From Alphaproteobacteria bacterium (GTDB taxonomy: Bacteria; Pseudomonadota; Alphaproteobacteria; UBA2966), in assembly GCA_964291395.2 (NCBI GenBank), contig OZ219856.1:2304001-2368000 (forward strand): a stretch of DNA of 64,000 bases, in the 5' to 3' direction. The number at the start of each line of letters is the position of its first letter. The stretch's first letter is position 1. The notes beneath the pieces were generated by a model. The model saw only the letters and a list, made by a program, of their open reading frames with translations, did no database searches and had not been told where the DNA came from. The position numbers and the translations under genes were made by a program. Positions 10,076 through 17,110 of the stretch are shown here, in pieces.

Positions 10076-10429
10076 TCAGGAACGGTGCACGGCTTCGCTC
10101 GATGATGTGGGCTGTTCTGCATCGCCGAGTCCGCCGAGATGGACTGGCAAGCGGCCGGGGAACTCGACGACCAAATCAAGACGGCCGCCCATTGCCTCGA
10201 CATAGCTTCGAAGGGTCGAGATCATCAGGTCGCTGCGCTTTTCCATCTTGGCAATGGTTGCCTGGCGGATGCCCAGCGTTTCGGCAAGCTGCACCTGCGT
10301 CAACTCCTTGGCTTTCCGCAACTGCCGGAGAGTGAGATACTCCTGATGCAGCCGTTCGGTTTCTGCCTCCATGCGCTCGCGGCGCTCGGGGGCGAGCCCG
10401 GCGATCTTGGCTTTCAGAGTCGTCGGCAT
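10076..10429 (-). CDS. XRE-family HTH antitoxin (HigA-like)
   Basis: LRQLRKAKELTQVQLAETLGIRQATIAKMEKRSDLMISTLRSYVEAMGG; directly downstream of RelE-like toxin. Confidence 0.9.
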   Translation of the reverse strand: MPTTLKAKIAGLAPERRERMEAETERLHQEYLTLRQLRKAKELTQVQLAETLGIRQATIAKMEKRSDLMISTLRSYVEAMGGRLDLVVEFPGRLPVHLGGLGDAEQPTSSSEAVHRS

Positions 10430-10433
10430 CGGT

Positions 10434-10787
10434 CTATCCCTCCATCGTATCGAGATGGCGGTCGAAGCGTTTATCGGCCTTGGCTATGAGCTGGCGGTAA
10501 AACCGTTTCTCGCCGACGCCGGACTTGTCGCCGGCTGCCGGAAGGATTGCTTGGCGATCAGGGCCGAAGGCGAAGAGGACGCGCCGGACGCCATCATCGG
10601 CATTGCACCGCAACTCCTTCATGTTGGCATGCTTTGAGCCTGTGAGCGTGTCGACATGCGGGCGGCCGGGCCGGGGGCCTTCTCGCTCAAGAAGCCCCGC
10701 CTTGACCAGGATGGCATCTTGGACAGCCTCGGGACAGGCATCGAACTCGGTCTCGAATGCGTCAAAGAACGAGACGATCCATTCCAT
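10434..10787 (-). CDS. RelE/ParE-superfamily toxin (Gp49-like), possibly degenerate
   Basis: GRPHVDTLTGSKHANMKELR...GDKSG...RFYRQLI; toxin-first order. Confidence 0.88.
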   Translation of the reverse strand: MEWIVSFFDAFETEFDACPEAVQDAILVKAGLLEREGPRPGRPHVDTLTGSKHANMKELRCNADDGVRRVLFAFGPDRQAILPAAGDKSGVGEKRFYRQLIAKADKRFDRHLDTMEG

Positions 10788-10795
10788 GCGTCACA

Positions 10796-10827
10796 ATAGC
10801 TCAGAGGCTATACAGCCTTCAAGCTAT
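10796..10827. promoter_or_regulatory. Inverted-repeat operator of the RelE-XRE TA operon
   Basis: ATAGCTcagAGGCT-atac-AGCCTtcaAGCTAT (11/14 arm match) just upstream of the toxin ATG in AT-rich DNA. Confidence 0.6.
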
Positions 10828-11116
10828 ATTTCTTAACTCGTCGGGTGGCCTTGTGAAGAGCCAAGTCCGCAAGCCGGGCCAGCTCCGGCTGGATCAATTT
10901 GCGGAGCAGTAAAGACAGGTCATGGCACTCGGAGTGCCGGATCATGTTGAATGTCTGGAGGGCCAACGCCGAGGCCGGCGCCGTCCACCCGCTTCCCGGC
11001 CAACCAAGCGACCGCAAACCGCTGCCGGCCGGGCAAGCTTCTGCGAGACGGCATGTGCCGTGCGACCTTCGCGGCGGCGCCGGCGCTCGTCGTCCGGCCT
11101 CCAGCCTTCACCGGCA

Positions 11117-11166
11117 CGCACAAAAATGTCCGGGGAGACGAGTGACCACTCGCGCATTTTTGTGCG
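11117..11166. promoter_or_regulatory. Nested inverted repeat upstream of hicA (probable operator)
   Basis: Perfect 12-bp arms CGCACAAAAATG / CATTTTTGTGCG enclosing the palindrome CGAGTG-ac-CACTCG. Confidence 0.55.
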
Positions 11167-11178
11167 AGAGTGCCACCC

Positions 11179-11391
11179 GTGAACGGGCGTGAATTCATAA
11201 CGAGAGTGAGAAGGCTGGCGCGCAGGAACGGGATCGCGGTCAGGTTCGACAAGACAAGAGGCAAAGGAAGTCACGGGACCTTGTATTACGGCGAGCGCTT
11301 CACGGTGGTGAAGGACCGCAGGAAACCGCTCAAGGCCAGCACGCTCCGCGGCATGTGCAGACAACTCGGCATCGACCCGAACGACCTTTAG
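11179..11391 (+). CDS. hicA: HicA-family mRNA interferase toxin
   Basis: GTG start; RGKGSHG catalytic His motif; 70 aa, basic; upstream of HicB. Confidence 0.85.
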   Translation: MNGREFITRVRRLARRNGIAVRFDKTRGKGSHGTLYYGERFTVVKDRRKPLKASTLRGMCRQLGIDPNDL

Positions 11392-11403
11392 GGAATTCCG
11401 ATC

Positions 11404-11838
11404 ATGGCGACGCGATACAGCTACCCCATCGACCTTCACAAGGAGCGCACGGGCGGGTTCTCGGTGACCTTCCCGGACTTCGACGAGGCTTTCACGGACG
11501 GCGATTCGTTCCGCGAGGCCATCGAGGAGGCCGCCGACTGTCTCGAGGAAGCGCTCGCGGGCCGCATGGCGCGGCGCGAGGACATTCCCGCGCCGAGCCC
11601 GGCGAAGGGCCGGCCGGTGGCGGTTCCCGGCGCGGTCCTGGCCGCCAAGACGGCCCTCTACGAGGCTCTGCGCGAGCAGCGGCTGTCCAACAGCGCCTTC
11701 GCGGCGGCCCTGGGCGTTCAGGAAAGCGAAGTCCGCCGCATGCTCGACCCCCGCCACGCCACCAAGATCGGCCGGCTGGAGGAAGCCCTGGCGCGGTTCG
11801 GAAAGCGCCTCGTGATCACCGTGGAAGCGGCCGCCTGA
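11404..11838 (+). CDS. hicB: HicB-family antitoxin
   Basis: FSVTFPDFDEAFTDGDSFREAIEEAADCL...IPAPS plus C-terminal HTH (EVRRMLDPRHATKI). Confidence 0.9.
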   Translation: MATRYSYPIDLHKERTGGFSVTFPDFDEAFTDGDSFREAIEEAADCLEEALAGRMARREDIPAPSPAKGRPVAVPGAVLAAKTALYEALREQRLSNSAFAAALGVQESEVRRMLDPRHATKIGRLEEALARFGKRLVITVEAAA

Positions 11839-11879
11839 CCGTCGGTCCGCGCCGGCGCCGGTCCCGGTCCTGCCGCGGT

Positions 11880-12104
11880 CGCGGCTACGTCTTCCCGGCG
11901 GCGCAGCTCGACGAGCGGAACCGGCCGCTGGCGGGACTCGACCGCGTGACCGGGCTGTTCGCCGACGGCCATTCCGCGTGGGTCTGGCTGACCACGCCCC
12001 GGCCGTCGCTCGACGGGGCGGAGCCGCTCGCGCTTCTGGCGCGGGGCGAGGTGGAGCGCGTGGCCGAGGCCGCCCAGGGAGACCGTCAGGGCGACTTTGC
12101 GTGA
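11880..12104 (+). pseudogene. C-terminal remnant of an Xre/MbcA/ParS-type antitoxin (RES-Xre TA)
   Basis: RGYVFPAAQLD...AWVWLTTPRPSLDGAEPLALLARGEVERVAEAA is DUF2384-like; no N-terminus or start codon. Confidence 0.7.
12069..12104 (+). repeat. 36-bp direct repeat, copy 1 (copy 2 at 14317-14352)
   Basis: GCCGCCCAGGGAGACCgTCAGGGCGACTTTGCGTGA versus ...ACCtTCAGG..., one mismatch. Confidence 0.9.
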
Positions 12105-12107
12105 AAC

Positions 12108-12257
12108 TCAGTGGCTACTTTCGTGAAATTCCGCAATCTGGGCGAGCGTTGTCTTGCCGCACTGACGCGGGCCGTGAATCAACACGACCGGCGAATCCTC
12201 GAGCGTTTCGACAAGCCGACTCTCGGCGGACCGGGGATAGAAGACCGGACTCGACAT
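12108..12257 (-). pseudogene. N-terminal fragment of an AAA_14/DUF4143 ATP-binding protein
   Basis: FYPRSAESRLVETLEDSPVVLIHGPRQCGKTTLAQ: Walker A GPRQxGKTT, then stop after about 49 aa. Confidence 0.75.
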
Positions 12258-12259
12258 CT

Positions 12260-12335
12260 GCCAATTGCAAGTTTGGACTTCGGCCGATTGCGAAGTTACG
12301 TCTCCGCCAATTGAAGACAAATCCATCGATTGCAG
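12260..12335. repeat. Phased direct repeats GCC(A/G)ATTG upstream of the AAA ATPase start
   Basis: Copies at 12260, 12283 and 12306 (23-bp period) and a degenerate ATCGATTG at 12325. Confidence 0.6.
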
Positions 12336-12342
12336 GTGAGCC

Positions 12343-12399
12343 GGCGTGGCCGAGGCGGACGGGTTCGTGTTCGCGTCGCGGTCTACGGGCGATAGCTAA
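12343..12399 (+). pseudogene. Short remnant of a RES-domain toxin
   Basis: GVAEADGFVFASRSTGD resembles the RES C-terminal DG(I/F)xYxSR motif; lies downstream of the Xre remnant. Confidence 0.45.
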
Positions 12400-12638
12400 A
12401 GTGGCGCGCTGACGCGCGCCGGGATGGAGATGCCTACCGTATCGTCTGCGGGCGGTGTGCGGGTGACCGGCAGGAGCACGAAATACCGCGGACGAACCGC
12501 CTGATCGGTCGCGGCTATCCGGCGACGGCATGACCAGCCGGCCTTCTCCAACCGACGGTCGCTCGCTCCGATGCTTCGGACCCGCCTTGCAAGGTATTCC
12601 CGTCTCGCCTGAGGGCTCTTCCGGCTGAGCCGGACCGC

Positions 12639-12713
12639 TTGACATGGGAGACTGCGCACCGGCATAGAATAGTTCCTGTATTGGGAACATTATACTTGTC
12701 ACAAAATCGGGAA
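12639..12713 (+). promoter_or_regulatory. Promoter/operator region of higB-higA
   Basis: TTGACA at 12639 and TAGAAT at 12665 (20-bp spacer, suboptimal); palindrome GTTCC-N7-GGAAC at 12672-12688 and a second GGGAAC half-site. Confidence 0.5.
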
Positions 12714-12728
12714 CGGTGTAGATAGCTC

Positions 12729-13022
12729 ATGCGGATCATCGCCAAGAAGACGCTCCGGGAATTCTGGCAGCGTCATTCAGATGCCGAAGAGCCGCTTCTC
12801 GCCTAGTACCGGGAAGTGAAGCAAGCGGATTGGGATACGCCGGCCGCCCTGAAGGAGATGTACGGCAACGCGAGCATCGTTGGCGACAACCGGGTGATCT
12901 TCAACATCAAGGGCAACGACTATCGCCTCGTGGTGAAGATCAATTACCGGCATCGCGTCGTCTACATCCGCTTTGTGGGTACGCATGCCGAGTACGACGC
13001 CGTAGACGTGGAGGAGGTGTGA
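12729..13022 (+). pseudogene. higB: HigB-family toxin interrupted by an in-frame amber codon
   Basis: MRIIAKKTLREFWQRHSDAEEPLLA*YREVKQADW...FNIKGNDYRLVV...FVGTHAEYD; TAG at 12804-12806 where Trp (TGG) is expected. Confidence 0.88.
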
Positions 13023-13023
13023 G

Positions 13024-14241
13024 ATGGCCAATATCAAGCCAATCCGGTCCGAAAGGGACCACGAGGCGGCGTTGGGCCGAATCTCGGAGCTCATGGACGC
13101 GGAGCCGGACAGCCCGGAGGGCGATGAGCTCGATGTCCTGGTCGATCTCGTGGAACTGTACGAAAGCAAACAAGTGCCGATGGGCTATCCGAGTCCGATC
13201 GCCGCGATCGAGTTTCGTATGGATCAGGCAGGTCTGCGCCCCGCAGACCTTGCCTCGTTCATCGGAAGCCGCGCCAAGGTCTCGGAAGTTCTCTCCGGCA
13301 AGCGCGCAATCACCATGCCGATGGCGCGGGCGCTACATGAGCATCTCGGGATTCCGGCGGATGTACTACTGCGGGAGCCGGATGTCGACTTTGACGATCC
13401 GTGCGCCGATATGGAGTGGAGCCGGTTTCCCGTCAAGTCGATGGCAAAGTCGGGCTGGATTCCGGACAGGCCCGATCCAGCGAGACGCGCCGAGCACGTC
13501 ATGCGGGACCTGATCAATCGGGCAGGGGGACCGGACGTCGCGGGCGCCGCGCTCTACCGAAAGAACGATCACGTGCGCGCGAATGCCAAAATGGACCCCT
13601 ATGCGCTCAAGGCGTGGTGCTGGCATGTCCTGGCAAGAGCCAACGAGGACCTTCCGAAGACAGGCTACGAGCGTGGCACCGTGACTTTGGACTTCCTGAC
13701 GAAGGTCGCCCGGCTGAGCTGGTCGGAAGACGGTCCGCGACTGGCGAAGGAATTGCTGGTCAAGCGCGGCATTTCACTCGTGATCGAAAAGCATCTGCCG
13801 AAAACGTATCTCGACGGGGTGGCACTCCGGCTCGGCGACGGCAGACCGGTAATCGGACTCACTCTGCGTTACGACAGAATCGACAATTTCTGGTTCTGCC
13901 TGCTGCACGAGCTGGCCCATGTGGGTCGACACATGGACAACGACAGGGGCGAAGCCTTCGTCGACGACTTCACGCTCCGGAAACTCGAAGGGAGACGGGA
14001 AGACCCCAGGGAGAGGCAGGCTGACGAATGGGCGGAGGAAGCACTTATTCCGCGCTCGGTCTGGGAAGCGAGCGCAGTGCGGGACCGGCCAACGACCATG
14101 GCCGTGATGAACCTCGCCAACGCCCTGCAAGTGCATCCGGCGATCGTCGCAGGGAGGGTCCGAAACGAACGGAAGAACTTCCGGCTGTTATCGCAATTCG
14201 TCGGGACCGGCGAGGTGCGGCGACAGTTCGGCATGTCTTGA
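13024..14241 (+). CDS. HigA-like HTH antitoxin fused to an ImmA/IrrE (M78) metallopeptidase
   Basis: N-terminal IKPIRSERDH...IEFRMDQAGL...SEVLSGKRAIT HTH; C-terminal FWFCLLHELAH (HExxH) and ERQADEWA. Confidence 0.88.
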   Translation: MANIKPIRSERDHEAALGRISELMDAEPDSPEGDELDVLVDLVELYESKQVPMGYPSPIAAIEFRMDQAGLRPADLASFIGSRAKVSEVLSGKRAITMPMARALHEHLGIPADVLLREPDVDFDDPCADMEWSRFPVKSMAKSGWIPDRPDPARRAEHVMRDLINRAGGPDVAGAALYRKNDHVRANAKMDPYALKAWCWHVLARANEDLPKTGYERGTVTLDFLTKVARLSWSEDGPRLAKELLVKRGISLVIEKHLPKTYLDGVALRLGDGRPVIGLTLRYDRIDNFWFCLLHELAHVGRHMDNDRGEAFVDDFTLRKLEGRREDPRERQADEWAEEALIPRSVWEASAVRDRPTTMAVMNLANALQVHPAIVAGRVRNERKNFRLLSQFVGTGEVRRQFGMS

Positions 14242-14316
14242 GGCAACGGGCCGATGAACTTCCACAGCGGACCGGGAGCCGGGCTTTCCTCGCTGCCGCC
14301 GGGCAAGCGGGCCGGC

Positions 14317-14352
14317 GCCGCCCAGGGAGACCTTCAGGGCGACTTTGCGTGA
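14317..14352 (+). repeat. 36-bp direct repeat, copy 2
   Basis: Matches 12069-12104; followed by GTG-initiated TRGYDPERLRA, a possible RES toxin N-terminus. Confidence 0.9.
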
Positions 14353-14506
14353 CCCGCGGCTACGACCCGGAGCGGCTGCGGGCGAGCGGTATCGCCGAGC
14401 TGGCCCGCCTTGCGGTTCGGACAAACGAGGCGGGAGTCAAAGGAATTGTGCAAAAAGTGCTCTGTTATTCCCATATACTCGGGGTAACTGCGGCACAGGA
14501 GGCCTT

Positions 14507-14692
14507 GTGAGCCCCGAGACCCTCGGATACGTCAATCTGGCCGGCATCGTTGCTGTCATCGCGTTCCTGTGGAACCTGCATCGGGACATGCGCGCCATGG
14601 ATGGTCGGATCAACGATCTGGCACGCGAGCTGTCCGAACTCCGCGGCGAATTCCGTGGTCGCTTCGGACTTCCTCTCCCAGCGGAAGAATAA
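14507..14692 (+). CDS. Small membrane-anchored coiled-coil protein (61 aa), unknown function
   Basis: SD CAGGAGG, GTG start; hydrophobic LAGIVAVIAFLW then heptad-like MDGRINDLARELSELRGEF. Confidence 0.6.
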   Translation: MSPETLGYVNLAGIVAVIAFLWNLHRDMRAMDGRINDLARELSELRGEFRGRFGLPLPAEE

Positions 14693-14746
14693 TCAAGACG
14701 GACGCAGAGAAGCGCATCATTCAACCGGCAGCGTAAGGCCGGACGA

Positions 14747-17080
14747 TCACGAAAATCGTCGGGCCTGCGCCCGCCGAATGGCGCGCCAGACGTTCGACGG
14801 GGTCGCGGGCATGTCCACGTGGCGCACGCCCAGAGGCGACAGCGCGTCGACGACGGCGTTGATCACCGCGGGCGCGGAACCGATCGTGCCGGCCTCTCCG
14901 GCGCCCTTGATGCCGAGCGGGTTCGTGGCGCACGGGATCTCGTTGTAGGCGAGATCGAAAAAGGGGAAATCGTCGGCGCGCGGCATGGTGTAGTCCATGA
15001 AGGTCCCGGAAAGAAGCTGCCCGCTCTTCCCGTCATACACACAGTGCTCCATCATCGCCTGCCCCGCGCCCTGGACGATCCCGCCGTGAACCTGGCCGTC
15101 GACGAGCAGGGGATTGATCAGCTTGCCGAGATCGTCGACCACCGTATAGCGAAGCACCTCGACGACGCCGGTCTCCGGGTCCACCTCGACTTCGCAGACG
15201 TGACAGCCGTTGGGATACGTGAGACCCGGCGGCATGTACTCGTGCCGCTCGGCGATGCCGAAGCCCAGCTCCTCGGGCAAGCCGCGCGGCGTGTAGGCCC
15301 GCGCCGCGATCTCCTCGAACGCCACCGACCGATCGGTGCCGCGGACCACGGCGGCACCGTCCGCGATCTCGATATCGGCCTCCGAGGCCTCCAGCATGTG
15401 GGCGGCGATCAGGCGGCACCGGTCCGCGACCCGCGCGGCCGCGCGATCGACCGCCACGCCGCCGACCGTCACGGAGCGCGAAAACCCGGTCCCGGTGCCG
15501 TAGGCGACGACGTCGGTGTCCCCCTGGACCAGGCGGACCCGATCGAGCGGCAATCCCAGGTGCTCCGATACGATCTGAGCGTAAGCCGTGGGGTGCCCCT
15601 GCCCGTTGTTCTGGGAGCCGATCAACAGGGCGACCCCACCGTCGCCGTCGACCCGGATCTCGGCCATCTCGTCGGTGCCGCCGCCGCACGACTCGACGTA
15701 GGCCGCGAGACCAAAGCCGCGCAGCTTTCCGTCGGCCGCGGAAGCCGCCCGGCGCGCCGCGCGGTCCCGCCACCCGGCGTTGCCCAGGGCGTCCGACAGG
15801 TTCCGGGAAAAGTCGCCGCTGTCGTAGACCTCCCCCAGGCAGGTCTCGTGGGGCATGGCCTCCGGCGGAATGAAATTCCGCTCCCGGATCTCCGCCGGCG
15901 ACATCCCGAGCTCCCGCGCCGCCGCGTCGACCGCACGCTCGAGCGCATAGCAGACCTCGGGCCGGCCGGCGCCCCGATAGGCGTCCACCGGAACCCTGTT
16001 GGTGAAGACGCAGCGCACGCGGACGTGGGCAACCGGAATCCGGTAGAGCCCGGTCAGCAGGTTCGAGCCCGCCACGGTCGGTATCATGGGACCGAACGTG
16101 GAGAGATAGGCCCCCATGTCCGCGACGGTCGAGGCCCGGATGGCGAGGAACCGGCCCTCGCCGTCCAGCGCCAGCTCGACGGTCGTCACGTTGTCCCGGG
16201 CATGCGTATCCGAAACGAAGGCGTCGGAACGGTCCCCGCTCCATTTCACCGGTCGTCCGAGTTTCCTCGCCGCCCAGAGGACGAGGGCGTGTTCGGGATA
16301 GATGTTCTTCATCCCGAATCCGCCCCCGACGTCGGGCGTGACGATGCGCAGCCGGGATTCCGGAACGTTCAACACGCCGGCGCTCAGGCTACGGCGCATG
16401 CGATGCGGAATCTGATTGACGGCGTGAAGCGTGTACCGGCCCGTGCCTTCGTCGAATTCGCCGATGGCGCCGCGCGGCTCCATGGAGTTGACGACGATCC
16501 GGTTGTTGACGACCCGCAACCGGACCACGCGGTCGGCATCCGCGAAGGCCGCGTCGACGCCGGGCGCATCGCCCTTCGACCAGTCGACACAGACGTTTCC
16601 CGGCGCTTCGGGCCAGAGCTGCGGCGCATGGCTCTCGACCGCGTCCGCCGTATCGGTCACGAACGGCAGAGTCCGATAGGCGACCTCGACCGCCTCCACC
16701 CCGTCGCGCGCGGAGTCCACGGATTCCGCGACGACCAGGGCGACGCAATCCCCCACGTAACGCACCCGATCGCCCGTGAGCGCCGGCCGCGGCGGCGTCA
16801 CCACTTGGGCACCCGCCATGCGATCCGCGCCCGGACACGGAAGAGGACCCAATCCGTCCGCGGCCAGGTCCGCGTGCGTGAACACACCCAGGACGCCCGG
16901 CCGCGACCGGGCCTCGGCGGTGTTCATGCCTGAAATCTCGGCGTGCGCGTGGGGCGAGCGCAGGACGGCCGCGTAGGCCTGCCGCGGCAGATCGATATCG
17001 TCGTTGTAGCGCCCGCGGCCCCGCAGAAGGCGTTGATCCTCGATCCGGCGGACGGGTTGCCCGATACCGAACTTACCCAC
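14747..17080 (-). CDS. Xanthine dehydrogenase family molybdopterin-binding subunit (CoxL form II-like)
   Basis: RIEDQRLLRGRGRY, LRSPHAHA, DVGGGFG, AYRGAGRPE, GQGH, GIKGAGEAG. Confidence 0.92.
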   Translation of the reverse strand: MGKFGIGQPVRRIEDQRLLRGRGRYNDDIDLPRQAYAAVLRSPHAHAEISGMNTAEARSRPGVLGVFTHADLAADGLGPLPCPGADRMAGAQVVTPPRPALTGDRVRYVGDCVALVVAESVDSARDGVEAVEVAYRTLPFVTDTADAVESHAPQLWPEAPGNVCVDWSKGDAPGVDAAFADADRVVRLRVVNNRIVVNSMEPRGAIGEFDEGTGRYTLHAVNQIPHRMRRSLSAGVLNVPESRLRIVTPDVGGGFGMKNIYPEHALVLWAARKLGRPVKWSGDRSDAFVSDTHARDNVTTVELALDGEGRFLAIRASTVADMGAYLSTFGPMIPTVAGSNLLTGLYRIPVAHVRVRCVFTNRVPVDAYRGAGRPEVCYALERAVDAAARELGMSPAEIRERNFIPPEAMPHETCLGEVYDSGDFSRNLSDALGNAGWRDRAARRAASAADGKLRGFGLAAYVESCGGGTDEMAEIRVDGDGGVALLIGSQNNGQGHPTAYAQIVSEHLGLPLDRVRLVQGDTDVVAYGTGTGFSRSVTVGGVAVDRAAARVADRCRLIAAHMLEASEADIEIADGAAVVRGTDRSVAFEEIAARAYTPRGLPEELGFGIAERHEYMPPGLTYPNGCHVCEVEVDPETGVVEVLRYTVVDDLGKLINPLLVDGQVHGGIVQGAGQAMMEHCVYDGKSGQLLSGTFMDYTMPRADDFPFFDLAYNEIPCATNPLGIKGAGEAGTIGSAPAVINAVVDALSPLGVRHVDMPATPSNVWRAIRRAQARRFS

Positions 17081-17110
17081 GGGTCACGATCCCCGGCCGG
17101 ACCGAGCGCT

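Noticed and set aside
10830-11110. Short ORFs between the RelE-like gene and hicA
   Set aside because: No recognisable motif or RBS in any frame
9900-14700. Integron cassette array or prophage
   Set aside because: No integrase, no paired RYYYAAC/GTTRRRY attC sites recognised, mixed gene orientations, no phage genes
14747-17080. True aerobic CO dehydrogenase
   Set aside because: Active-site loop is AYRGAGR rather than AYRCSFR, and no coxS/coxM is adjacent
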